DNA of 56,516 nt, counting the filler, from Basidioascus undulatus (taxonomy: Eukaryota), in NCBI GenBank assembly GCA_000826855.1. It is 4 parts of 4 records of this genome, joined end to end, with 100 filler letters (N's around TTAATTAATTAA, not from the genome) between each part and the next. Parts side by side here need not be neighbours in the genome. Positions count along the whole stretch, not along the records: positions 1 to 29,289 come from JTLS01000131.1; 3 more parts are not named here. One strand, written 5' to 3'. Made by a program: the position numbers and the translations under genes. Positions within the stretch are counted from its first letter, which is position 1. The number at the start of each line of letters is the position of its first letter. A model generated the notes under the pieces. The model ran no database searches. It worked only from the letters and a program-made list of their open reading frames with translations, and was not told where the DNA came from. This document shows, piece by piece, positions 1-12,900 of the stretch.

Positions 1-383
1 GATGTCGGTGGGGGGAGGGGGATCGCAGGCTGCCCCGAGTCGGTCGAGGAAGACTGCGACTGCGCCTGCGCCTGCTTGTCCTTCTGCTCGTCCTTCGCGC
101 CCCCCTCTGGAGCCGTGCCCAGCGCTCGCCTACCAGCGGCTATCCGCATGCGCGTCGGGCATGTCGCCGCCCTGCTCAATCTGCTCGCCATTCGTGGTTG
201 TGATCCAACCTCCTGAGCGGCTGCCTTCTCGCTTCGACCTCCCATCCCGTCCGCCGGCGACCCGCGGATAATAAGAGCGAACTGACCTATTTCCAAGTCG
301 TCGAGACTTTTCTTGAATCTTCCCTCTCATCGTCTTCCTCCTGCTACACCTGCTTGCTTTCATCGATTGAGATACCGACCAGG

Positions 384-1503
384 ATGTCCGCCGCCCGCCT
401 CTCCATCGCCCGCGCCCTCTCCGCCTCCGCGCGCGCCTCCCTCCCGCGCGCCGCCTTCGCCCGCTCCCTCCCCGCCGCCGCCCGGACGCTCTCCGTCTCC
501 CACGCCCGCTTCGGTGCAGGCCAGAGTGGGTCTCTTCCCACCCTGCTTTTCCTCAGATGTGTGGAGAGAAGTGGAAGCTGATGTGGCGACGCGATGGGGC
601 ACCACCAGCCGACCCGGCCCTCTCGAGCCGCATCCAGCAGGAGATCCAGTACGAGAAGTCGTCTGCGCCCGCGGGCGAGCCCGACTTTCTCCAGGCGTTC
701 AAGAAGGACAGCGTGTGGAGCATCAAGGACAAGGACGGCGAGGACGAGGTTGCGCTTGTGCGCGAATTTGGGAATGAGCAGTGCGTCTTCCTCCTCCCCA
801 TCGCCCTTCCCCTTTACCCCTCTTTCTCTTCCGTTCTTCCCCTGTCCGCTTTGCGCTGCTGGTACGGAAGGCTGACTTGAGCTGTGGGACACCAAAGAAT
901 CCGCATCCTCTTCTCCATCTCCGACCTCGACCACCAGCCCCCGCCCGCTGAGGAGGACGCCGAGGCCGTCGAGGAGGTCCCCGAGGAGTCGTACGGTGTT
1001 CGTTGCTCCGTGAGCATCACCAAGGTGCGTCCCTCTCCCCTCTCCCCCCTCTTCCTTTCCCCTCTTCCCATCTTCGGCAGTACTCACTCCCTCCCGCAGG
1101 CCGGCGGCGGCGCCCTCACGATCGACACCGTCGCGCAAGACTCGCAGTTCACGATCGACAACATTTCCTACTACAGCGACTCTTCCCTGGCCACCTCGCT
1201 CACGGCCGACGCCGACTGGGCCCGCAGGGGGCTCTACATCGGCCCGCAGTTCGACCACCTCGACGCGGCCGTCCAGGCCGAGTTCGAGAACTTCCTTGCC
1301 GAGCGCGGGATCGACGAGAGCTTGGCCACGTTTGTGCCGGAGTATGCGGTGTGGAAGGAGCAGAAGGTACGTTGGAGAGAGAGGAGGGGGACGAGGGACG
1401 AGGGAAAGGGAGAGGGATAAGTGGGAGAGGTGGCTGATCGGGAGGGAGAGGATAGGAGTACTGCAAGTGGCTGGAGAACGTTAAGAAGTTCATTGATGCG
1501 TAG
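384..1503 (+). CDS. MAM33: Mitochondrial acidic matrix protein (Mam33/p32/C1QBP family), multi-exon
   Basis: Arg/Ala/Ser-rich presequence MSAARLSIARALS; spliced exons give ADPALSSRIQQEIQYEK, DEVALVREFGNE, YIGPQFDHLDAAVQAEFENFLAERGIDESLATFVPEYAVWKEQK|EYCKWLENVKKFIDA*; TAG at 1501-1503. Confidence 0.9.
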
Positions 1504-2322
1504 GGGAAGGATGGATGGCGGGGAAAGGGTTGATGGAGCCGTGTGCAGGGTGAGGGTGATTGGAGTACGTGGGTGGGCGAGGTGAAAATAACTCTACTCT
1601 GATTTACATGCTCTGCTGTGCGTACGCCTATGCCTGCTGGTTAATCGCCGCGCCAGCCGGCGCCGGCGCCCGGGCGCAATACCTTTCTCACGATCCTCTC
1701 CTCGCCATGCTAATACCCATTCGCTACATCCTTGATCGCCGAGGTCGCCGACCCCTCTCGCGGCCGACTACTTCATCACTTTCGAACTCCATCTCGATTT
1801 GGTCGTTTGTCCTGCTACGGCATCGTCGATACGCGCTTTTACAGTATTCGCTCGTCTCTATATCGATCCAAATTGGACCAGCTTCGATCGGAGAGCGCAT
1901 CCAGCGCGCTCGAGCGGTGGCCTTCCGCCTCTTCCAATCACCTCCCTTTTGACCCTTCCGACTCTCGTCGACCCCGTCGTCCATCCCTCGGCGCCTCCAT
2001 CTCCATCTCCCACTCAGGCACACCCATTCCCCGAGCCCGACCGTCACATTCTACTTCTCTCATGGCCAGCTTGATGCTCAGAAAGCAATTTCCTAACGCT
2101 GACATTTGGCAACTCGTAGAATGGGAGCCAATCAGTTGCTTGCGACCGTTACACGCTGTGAAGGTTTCTAGCCTCACGAAACGACGCCGGCCTCCGGCAT
2201 GGTCTGGCTTTACTTCGTCCTCGTCCATGGATACTGTAACGTCGTGCATATGCCTCAACACTAACAGTGCACAGCCTAATCCGAAGCATGCAAGTCCATG
2301 TACCCTAGAGTCCACCCACTCT

Positions 2323-3814
2323 CTACTTCCGCTGCTTGGCCGGCAGCTCCGTCGTCCACCTAAGCTCCTCATCCAGCCCATCCTCAAACCAGGACTTGGG
2401 CTTCCGGCCGAGCTCGCGCAACGCGCGGTCCGCAGTGTATTGGTGCTGGTCTTGTTGGCCTGGAACTGTGCACCCGCGTCGTCGGGCGGGACGCTGAGGG
2501 GCTCGGGCGTGTCGACGAGGCCCATGGAGTGCAGCACCTTGCCGATCCGGCCGACGAGGTCGCCGAAGACGTGGTTGTCTGACAGAGCACTAGAGGGATG
2601 TAGGAAGGGTATGGATCAGTTTGTTCGTTTTAAAGTGAAAGTAGCTACAGCTATGAGAGAGACGAAGCTACGCACAAGTAAAACCGCCGGAAGCCGGCAG
2701 TCTCGTTGCCATTCAGCCCGGCCTGGAGGGCGAGCAGTGCGAGATCCGAAACGTCCTGGATATGGACACTATTTAAAGCCCGGCATGTTAGTTCCCTCAG
2801 GAGTACCAAGAAGAAGAAAGGAAAAGGAATGACGAACTTCGCCCATTCGTTGGTGCCAGCGTACACGGCCTGACGGTTGTCGAGTGCGAGCTGGATGAGG
2901 TTCGGAATCTGCGCCGACATGATCTTGGTCGGGCCTGTGCCTTTCCCGTAGACCAGGCCAGGGCAAATGACTGTGCAGTGCCCAAACGCGCGGTAAGCGG
3001 CTGGAGCGTCACGCATCACGGGAGGTAACGCACTGTACGCGACAATCTCGCCGGCTTCGTCTGCGCGCTTGATCCTGCAGCGGATTAATCAATAAATCAG
3101 AACGAACCATTTCTTCGTCAGGAAGCCAGCCTTACTTCACGTCAATGGAACGGTGCAGAGCATCGGGCGAGATGCTCTCAATGTCCTCCAAGTTGTTGTC
3201 CTATCGCGCGATGGTTCCGTCTCACGGTCCCGCTCCTCTTATCCCAAGTCACATTGTAATTCCTCACGTCCTAATAGTCCCCAGTCGGCTTCCCCTCTAT
3301 CGCCTGAGCGCCTGAAGACTATTCGTGAGCAGAGCCGACTGGCGCAACTAGAGTGACTGCCTCACCTGATACGTGCACTAGAACCCCCTTCTTTCCGCCG
3401 TTCTTTGGTTTAGCCAGCCCGCGGTTGATCGACTTGGTCAGGTCGAGGTCGTCCGAAATGGCGGCGTTGATGACAACGTCGTGCTCGGACGACACACGCT
3501 CAATCAGCGTCAGGGTCGAGAAGTCGCCCTGCGTGCGACTGCCATCGTTAGTGCCCAGGACAGTGTAGAGAAGAAGGAGACTGTAGGGGAAGTTAAGGAC
3601 CTCTACGATCTCAGCCCCGGTTCTCTTGGCCGCCGCGACCTGTGAACCGGGCCAGATGAGCGCGGTGGTGTCGTAGCGTGCTTTAGGAGGTCCGTCAAGA
3701 TAGTGCCTGCGCAGTGTCCCATCCGAATTCAGTGGCACGCAGCAGATAATTTTCATAAACAGAAAACATACCTCCGACAAAGCCGGTCGCGCCAATGAGG
3801 AATACCGTCGTCAT
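2323..3814 (-). pseudogene. Decayed NAD(P)-binding Rossmann-fold (epimerase/NmrA-like) oxidoreductase
   Basis: ATG at 3814 gives MTTVFLIGATGFVGG (GxxGxxG). Later exons read DVVINAA, ICPGLVYGKG, VHIQDVSDL and ADRALRELG. There is a frameshift near 3680, an in-frame TAG at 3271-3273 and a frameshift near 2437. Confidence 0.75.
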
Positions 3815-5089
3815 TATGCAGGCGATTGTTGTGGTTGTGTGAGGGCAGCTCAGGAGCTGTCAGGAGGAAGAATATGGCAGATTTGGTGTTTCGCCCCGTT
3901 CTTATACCTGGCGGGAAACGCATGACACCAGCTCCCCCTGTACCTACATACGAGTAAAGGAAATCTGGACTTGCTTGGTCCACTGGACATCGATGGAAGC
4001 TGACGAAAGCTGGACGCTGACAAACCACTGCAGGCCGACCTCCATCGTCTCTCCTATGTGCGACAGCTCTCTGCCACTCTGCCTGATCTCCTTGAATGGA
4101 GACCGCCACTTTGTCACAAAGATGTAGGTAGTCGTACATCCTCCACATCGCAAGCCTTTCACCATGTCTTTTTGTCGATAGAACGCCGGCGGACCCCTCC
4201 ACCCACACCCTTGAACCCCCATTCCACTCCCACTCCTCCACGCGTACGGCGGCATTGAATGCACGACTGTGCGGTGCTCAATAGACCAGTGCATGCATCT
4301 CCCTGACGATAACTATTTTGACTTAGCCGGACTAACTGGCCGCCCCAAATGACAGATAGGATGCGTGGAGGGCGTGCTCTGACCAGATCGACTCATCAAG
4401 TCGATACCATTTACATCGTCCCATTAGAGTCAGCCACTGGATGGTCAGCTCGAGCCCTAAGGGCCTTAGGACAAGGACGAGGTAAACCCAGACAGGGCGG
4501 AGTCCGGCGTAATTTGATGAGGCTGCACGTCAGAAAACCTTGACAGCGTGTTAACTATTGGATGCAAGCAACTGACTGGCTCCAGTTCCACGAGTCGGAC
4601 GCAGACGTCTCTTTCAAGCACGCCCGAGAACTTTCCTGCGGTTGACGAGATGCGCGGCGCGGTTTGAGACGACGAAGAGTCTCGGCTTGCACGGTACAGC
4701 TTTTTGCACCGAAAGCGCGATAGATCTGTGTTGTGCAAACCCGTTTAATTGTTTGGTGTCTATGGGCTCGCTGTCGAGCAGCGCTTGCCTCCGCACTGTC
4801 CAGATTTGTTCGGTACCCGAGAATACTTACGAGGAAGCTAGCTACCTATGGGGAAAGTGAAAGAAGGTTTTTGGGGGGCCGATGCCACAAAGAAGAAAAA
4901 AAGTTGAAGCTTCTGAAACACGAAACGGCTGTCACCTTTTTGTCACCCCGTCAATGGATTCTCACGTGGGAAGGACGACCGCTCAAGAGGACGATTGCTC
5001 GTCCCACTCGCCCTGACCGCTCATCCAGACCGCTCGACCGCTTGCACCACAAACACGCTCATTTCACCACTGCACGGCACCGCCATAGC

Positions 5090-8000
5090 ATGGCCGACGT
5101 CTTCAAGGCGTACCCAGATCCCCGGACGCGAGGAACAGTCAAGCTGAGCCGCCCTTCCATCTCCAGGTCCGCCCGCCCGTCTTCCCGGGCACCTCAGTCG
5201 CGAGTGCTCACATCCACGCGCAGTCTCCCCGCGCCTGCTCTCTTTTCAATCGTAGGCACGAAGGCGCTCGTCGCGCTTGCGTGGCATGCGGCGCGAAACC
5301 TCGTCCTACAGGGATTCAGCCCGTTCCTCCTCCTCACGGGCGCGAGCTATGTTGCCGCGGTGTGGGTACTCCTGTGGTATCGCCCGTGGGAGAAGAAGTG
5401 GGGGTTGGGAAACGTTAAGGTGCGCGAGATGTGTCTGGGGGGGAGGAAGGGGTGGGAGGTGCTGAAACGGATGCGGTGGGATGGGAAGCTCGCGAGCCTC
5501 ACGCTGTACGCTGCACTGCTGGCGGCACAGGAACTCTGCTTTCTTGCGGCACTGCGACATATCTCCGTAGTACGGCAAGTGCAGCCCTTCCCCTTGTCTG
5601 AAAGGATTTGGATTGCTGATGATGTAATCCACAGCGTCCTGATGATTACCCAATGTACAGACGTCTGGCTCGGCGTCGTGCGATACGGAAGGCGACTGGT
5701 ACATCTTCCTTTTTGCTCACCTCTGTCCGCCCGCCAGCGCATTTCACTCATGAGTGGGTGCGGGACAAAGCCGGCCAGCGCCTTCCTCATCCCCGCCGCG
5801 CTCACTCTGTCCCTCTTTTTCGATGTCTTCGGCGCCCCACCCTTCCTCGGTACGTCCTCCAACCAGCCCCCACACCTGCATAGGATGTCGCTCACTTTGG
5901 CATCCCCACAGACGCATTCACCTTCCCCACCCTCTCCCTCTTCGACGTCTCCAGCCGCCCAGGGTTCTACATGCCCGCCTCTCCCTCCGCCATCTTCAGC
6001 TATGCGTCCCTTGCCCTGCACGCCGTGATCGCGGACCAGCGCAAAGTCCTCGGCGCGCCCCTCGCGGCCAAGCTGGGCGGGACGGACAGGCTCCACACCC
6101 TCGCCGTCCTCGGCGCCAGCGCGCTCGTCACGCCCATCGCGTTCGCGGGCGCAGCGCTCGTACGCCCCTCTCATCCCTCCCCCTCTCCCTCCCTCTGGGA
6201 AACTTACACGACATCGTGGATCCCGCAGCGCTTAGTGCCCTCGAACCTCCCCCGCTCCATCACCTTCCCAACCTTCGCCCTCCTCGCCCTCGCGCTCTTC
6301 ATCGCCCAGCCCGCGCTGGACCGCTCCCTTGCGCACCAAGCCCCGCTCGCGCGGTACGCCGCCTCCGCGTGGCAAGCCGCCGTCCTCGCTGCGGGTGTGC
6401 TCGGCCTCCTGCTCTTCTCTGACCCGCCGAAGCTGCCGGATCTTTTGATCGGGGGGATGCTGTTTGTCGGTGCGCCTCCATTCGCACCCACCCTATCACC
6501 AGCCCAACCCCCGAGCTGATTGTGGAGCGAGGAAGGCAACGCCGCTCTACTCCGCTCCACCCCCCGCCTTGCCGAGCTCGCCGACATCGGGCCCTCCACG
6601 ACGTCCACTACCTCCGAAGCGTCCGCGACGGGAAGGACGTGGCGCCTCTCCAAGACATTCCTGAAGATCATCCTCGACAACCGCGAGTCAAGAAAGATCT
6701 TCCAGTTCTTGTGCTTGAACTTCGCGTACATGGTGCGGCTTCGCTTCTCCGCTGCACAGGCAGGGGCATGCTGATGGGGAAGGGGAGGGTAGGGAGTTCA
6801 GCTGGTATATGGGGTGCTTACGAATTCGTTGGGGCTGATTTCAGATGGTAAGTGAAGGAGAGTGCGGTGGCCGGAAGACGGGCGCTGATGCCCTTCGCAA
6901 ACAGCTATTCACATGGGTTCGTGGCTTCTCAAGTATCTCGTTGCGGCGGCGGTTGCTAATTTGTTGAGCACACAGCATTCGACAATCTCGCGATCTCAGT
7001 CGGCCTCTTCGCTTCCATCATGGCGACGTGGAAGCCTGACGACCGCTTCACATATGGGTTAGTCGCTCTGTTTTCTTTTCACGCGTCATCTCCCGACTAA
7101 CGTTGACCTCCCTACACGCAGCTACGGCCGCATGGAGACCCTCACCGGCTTTGCGAACGGGGTGTTCCTCATCCTCGTGCGTGCCGTGCCGCCCACCCGT
7201 CCATCTCAAAACAACACCATCTGACACCTCCCTCCCTCCGGGGCAGATCTCAATCTTCATCGTCTTCGAGGCGATCGAGCGGCTGATCAATCGTTCGTCC
7301 CTTCTTTTCCGCGAACCTCCGTTGGGGAGTGCTTGGTTTGAAATGCGGGCTTCGGCGTCCAGCGCCCGAGATGGACACGTCGCAGCTACTTCTTGTTAGC
7401 GTCGGCGGCCTCGCGGTTAATTTGTTTGGGATGTTCGCGATGGGCGGGGTAAGTGGATTTGTCTGGGGAGGGGGAGCGAGGGGGAGCGAGGGCTGATGCA
7501 GTGTGGTGGGGTGGTGGGGGACAGCACCATCATCATGGGCACAGTCATAGTCATTCGGTATGCCTATCGGTGGCTCGTCGGTGATTAAACATACCCGCTA
7601 AACGTTGCTTCTTTTATCCAGCACTCTCACTCTGTGCGCAACACTGACGCAATGGCCTGTTGCGCATCTGTTACTGACTCTTTTCTTGGCAACAGCACTC
7701 GCATTCGGTATGCTCTTTGAGCTAGCGGGTCCGTAGCGGTAAATGACTAACACGTCTCCACAGCACGCTTCGCATTCTCACGCCGATAGACATTCGGTAG
7801 GCTGCCTTCATTGTGTGCTCTAGCGATGTCGCGGCTCAGCAGGCGGGATACAGCATTCTTCGCACTCTCATGGACATGAAAATTCGGTGTGCCCTTGCGT
7901 CGCTTGATGCCCTTGTACTATGTAGGCTGATGGTCCCCGTGCGCATAGCATGCTTCGCACGGGCACTCTGTCAGTCTTCGACCGCGCCGCCGGTTGCGCC

Positions 8001-9327
8001 GATCGCTGATCCGCTTCCTCTGTTCTTTCCAGCACGCCTCCCACTCCTGCACCGACTCACACGGCCGATCGCATTCTACTCATTCCCACTCCCACTCGCA
8101 TTCTACTCCTTCTCCGGTGCGCCGTGTTCGCTGTCCAGGACTGCGTTCTGACGCTTCGTGCTGACTTGCGATGGTCGGATGCGGTAGGCCAAAGAGAACG
8201 GCCATAGCCACGGGCACGGAAACAGCCATGATCACTCGGATTGTTCTCACTCCGAGGGCCACGGCCACTCGCACTCGCCCTCGAGAGCTCACTCGCACGA
8301 CTGCGATGACTATCACGGCCACGAGCATGGCCACCACCGTCACTCGCACGGCCATGAGCACGGCCACGAGCACGACGCTGTTGATCCGCTGACTCCGAAG
8401 GTGATTCGAGGCGCTATCTCTTAGCCGTGAGGGACGACGCTGATAGGGGGTTGGGACTGTGCAGGTCGGGTTCGATGAGAGTGAGGACGAGCATGATGAG
8501 GAGGAGCCTGTAGCGCCCTCGATTGATGAGGATCATCACTCGCACAATATGCGCGGTGCGTTGTTGTCTCCTCTGCGTGCTTTGCTTTGGGGCTGACCTG
8601 AAGATGGAATGCATCGGCAGGTGTCTTCCTGGTGCGCACCTGCGCCTGAAAAGCCTAGGTTGCGCGGCACTGACTCATGCTTTCCGTGCAGCACGTCCTT
8701 GCCGACACGATGGGCAGCGTCGGCGTCATCATCAGCACGCTGATGATCAACGTCTGGGGTTGGACGGGCTTTGATCCGATTGCATCACTCTTGTCAGCCC
8801 CTTAAGCTATGCTGCGCTTCCCTTAACGCTGTCGTGCTGAGCTATCCGTTCTCTTACGTCTATAGCATCGCTGCGCTCATTGCTGCATCGGTTGTCCCGC
8901 TCGTCGTGGACGCTGGAAAGGTGCTGTGCCTTGATGTGGGCGAGCACAGGGAGCGCTCGATTCGGAACGCGCTTTCCGAGGTGCGCTGCCTCTTCTACCT
9001 CCAGTCTATCCGCATGTCTATATGACCCTTGGTCCTCGCGCGCAGCTCTCCACCCTCCGCGGCCTCTCCTCCTTCTCCTCCGCGCGCTTCTGGCCAAAGG
9101 ACGAGTCCACCATCGTTGGCTCGATCCACATCCACCTCGCGCCGCGCGCGTTCGACGCGGACCCGGCGCACTCGCGCATCGGCGGGCGCGCGTACGCCAG
9201 CGCGGAGAAGACGGTGCGCAAGGTGGAGCGCGTGCTGAGGGGCCAGATCGCCGGGCTTGCGGAGCTCACGGTCCAGGTTGAGCCGGCGGAGGGCGTGCGG
9301 GGGTGCGGGTGCTTGACTTCGAGCTGA
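5090..9327 (+). CDS. MSC2: Cation diffusion facilitator zinc transporter, Msc2/Cis4/ZnT5-7 type, with extended N-terminal TM region and very long His-rich loop; many exons
   Basis: Spliced motifs: ILDNRESRKIFQFLCLNFAYM, NSLGLISD|AIHM|AFD, YGRMETLTGFANGVFL, HSHNMR|GVFL|HVLADTMGSVGVIIST, VGSIHIHL, LTVQVE; TGA at 9325-9327. The orthologue name is inferred from architecture. Confidence 0.88.
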
Positions 9328-9951
9328 GCGTTGGGAGGGGGTGGAAGAGGACTGTCGGACTTGATGATACGAGCGTTGTTGAGCGTTCCCGTTGTCCATG
9401 TGAACTGTGACTCTTCTTCAACGTTTAATGAGTTGCGGACAGCGGAACTTGTCTGGACGAAAGAAAGACATTCACGTGAAAACGCGAGCGCGTCAAGCAC
9501 GCGTGCTGTTTAATGAGCTCGTCACGCCTGCTCGCAATCCACCTTCCGCTGTGTGCGGTATATATTTTTGCAAGAGCCCTCACTGCCATACAGAAATGGA
9601 GAAAGGGAGAAGAATCGTGGAGTCAGTGCGTGAAAGTGCGGTAAGTGACGCAACATTCAACGGCCTTGACTGCGTTCAGATTGCGATTGCCTTCCGTTCC
9701 CGCCTCAGCCCGCGTCCACGACCGACCACGATCACAACTCTCTCAAGGGAACCCCTGGTGCTCCTTTCCTCTCTACCTTCACGAGAAGAACACCTCTCAG
9801 ATGACCCCCCCACTTGCTACTGTTTAACCACCACCCCGACTGAACGCCTACACTCGCAAGGGAGCTTCTGGTGAGTAAGACCTTGGGAGTGGCGAGTGGC
9901 GGATGTCCATTCAGTGATATCTGGTACATCAGAGCTCCACGAAGCACCATC

Positions 9952-12900
9952 ATGGTCGTGCATAAGCCTACGCCGAAGTTGACCTATCAAGAACGTACGC
10001 ACACCCGCTGCATCGGCGCAAAACAGTGTGTCGTCGTTGCTCACTGTCGGGGGTGGGTCGACAGGCGTGCTCGGCGCCATCTCGACCATTACGAGAAACA
10101 CGCGCAAGCACACGATCCACCACCAGTCTGTCCGAGCTCAAAGTGAGTCGCTGTTGCGTTGTAGTCGGGTGAAATGGGGTCGGGGACAATGGCTGCGTCG
10201 CCGTCGGCGGGGGCCCCGCACTGGGCGGGCGCGCTGCGCGCGCTTTCGCTTCTTGTTCTCGCACACTCACCATCCTTACCATCTCTACGCCCTCTTATAC
10301 AAAACGGGTTGCTGATATGCCTGGATTGCTTGTGTCTTGGGACAGTCCGTAGAGCTGCTGCGGAGCGCCAGGAGCAGCTCCCAAAGACCGCGAACGCGTG
10401 GACGACCCGCGCGCTACACACCCTCGGTGCGTACCCCCATCTGTTTCTACAACACGCGAACTCCACCTGACACTCAACGACCTCATCATTCTGCAGCTGA
10501 TAACCGCCTCCTCGAGTCCGAGGGGCACACGACCTACGCACTCTCGAACGCGACCAAGGACGCCTTCACGTCGGCGCGCGCCCGCCTCGGCTTCAAAGGC
10601 CGCGCTCCGGATGACCTGAGCGTCGAGGACGAGGACGCCCTCCTCTCCGCCGTCGCGGACGAGCTCGAGGGCGGGGCGGGAAAGAAGCGCAAGAGAGCCG
10701 GGATCGAGACGCCCTCGCGGGCGGCTACTCCCGCGGGCACGCGGGGAAGGAAGGCGGGCAAGCCCCCGCCGAAGAAGCGGAGGGGCAAGGCGAAACCAGC
10801 GCCGAAGAAAACGCTTACGGACCTCGAAGATCAGGTGGGTCGTGACCTTGTTCGCTTTAAGCATCTGGGCTAGCGCTCACCCAGAGGACCCGTTTGCAGC
10901 TTCTCGACCACCGCAACACGCTCGAGCGCGGCATCACCGCCAGGATCAAGGAGATCCAGACACTCAAGTCCCAGCTCAAGGCGTCCGGCAAGAACTCGCA
11001 GAAGCAGATCGAGCAGCTCGAGAACGACAAGGAGGAGCTCGAGCTCGAGCTCGCCGAGGTCCAGGACGAGGCGGAGCGCCTCCGAGCGGAGCTTGAAAGC
11101 ATGCGCGAGAAGCAGCAGCTCCGCCGCGAGAAGGAGACCTGCGGCGGAGTAGTCGGATCGCAGCAGAGCTTGCTGCTCACGCCGCCGTTCCATGGTGACG
11201 AGGGCATGGACAACTTGTTTGTTCTTGCTTCACCGAACGTGTCCGATGCCTGTTCGGCTTGCTGATTGTTTGGGAGGTATCAACCAGCGACGACACGACC
11301 GTCTATTGGGACAACGCGCCAGTGCTGACGCCGACACCTACCTCTCTTCCCGTCCCCCAGCCGCTGTCCCGCGTGCCGACCAACACGAGCTTCATCCAGG
11401 AGCCGACGCCTTCGCCCTCGCCCGAGATGCGCACGATGCAACTCGCGCCCTCCGAGGACGCACTGCCCACGCCGGCCCCGACGAGCAGCGCGATGCTCCA
11501 GCCGGACTCCGCGAGGCGGCTCAAGGAGGCCGAGCGCGTCATCGCGCAGGTCGAGGAGGTCGTCGCCTTCCAGGAGGACGCGGACGTCGTCGGCGCCGTC
11601 ATCACGACTGTCGACCAGCTCGCGGACGCCCGGGGCGCAGCTAAGCGCTCGGCGGCCGGAGCGGACCAGCTCCGCGGCGAGCTGCACTCGGCGAAGACTT
11701 CCCTTGCGTCCGCGCTTGCGCGCAAGACGGTCGCGGAGGAGGTCGTCACGCTCAAGGCCGACCTCGCCACTATCCTCACGCCTGTGGGCCAGCCCGTTCC
11801 CAACGCCGAGAGCTTCGACTGGCGCGGCGCGATCGACGGCCTCATCAACAACGCCATTCAGGTCGACTCGCTCTTGCTGGAACAGAGCAGCATCGCCGAG
11901 GGGCGCAAGATCGCGGAAGAGGCTGCCGCGCGCGATCGCGAGAGGGCCAACAAGGGATGGGAGAAGGTCAAGGAGCTCGAGGGCAGGATCAGTGAGTCTG
12001 TCTCGCTGCTTAATGCTCTTGCTACTCATGCTAACGACCTGCTGCCTTTTCCTTCCAGCCGTCCTCGAAGCATCTCTCAAGAACGACCGCGAAGCACTCG
12101 CGACCGCCGTCACCCGCGTGCAAGACGTCGAGTCCGAGCTCATCGCCGAGCGCACGAACATGCAGACCGTCGCAGCGACCGCCGAAGCCGCCGCGCACGC
12201 CGCCGCGCAGGTGAGCGCGGCCGACGTCGCCTCGGCCGTCGAGCGCGAGAAGACCTTCGAAGCCGAACTAGACGCCGTTCGCGCCCAGCTCGAGGCCAAG
12301 ATGAACGAGCGCGACGTGGTGCAGGCCGAAGCGCAGGCGGCCGCGCAGGTCCTTGCGCCTGCTCTCGACCGTATCGCGGCGCTCGAGGCCGAGCTCGAGG
12401 GCACCAAGACAGCCGCAGCGGCGACTGTCGAGGCGCGGAAGGAGGCGGGCGAGGGTGTGAAGCGCACTGCACAGGCCCTCACGCAGGCGGCCGCCCAGCG
12501 CGACCAGCTTAACTCGGACCTCGAGACCGCGCGCGCCGACGCCGACGCCGCGGCGGCCTCTCACCGCCAGACGGAGCAGGCATTCGCGAGCACCGCGGCC
12601 GAGCTCGCGGTCGCGCAAGAGCGTATCAATCAGCTCGAGGCGGACCTGAAGAAGGCGCGCGCGGACGTGCAGATCGTCGAGGCCGCCAAGAAGGTTGCCG
12701 AGGACGCCGCGCAGGAGGCGGCAGAGAAGCTCGACACCCAGATTGAGCGCGCGGAGGGCCTGCAGCGGATCGCGGACGAGCAGGGCGGGAAGTTCGCTGT
12801 GGCGCAGGAGGGCGCGATGGCGCTCGCGCAGGCGCTCGAGCGCGAGGAGAAGCTCAAGGCGGACATGGATGGCATGCGTTGGGAGATGGAGAAGGTCGCG

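Noticed and set aside
344..1258. Long antisense or alternative-frame ORFs (also 11280-12482, 13043-14008, 20959-21840, 54412-55104)
   Set aside because: Shadows of GC-rich coding exons on the opposite strand or in another frame; no independent protein signature.
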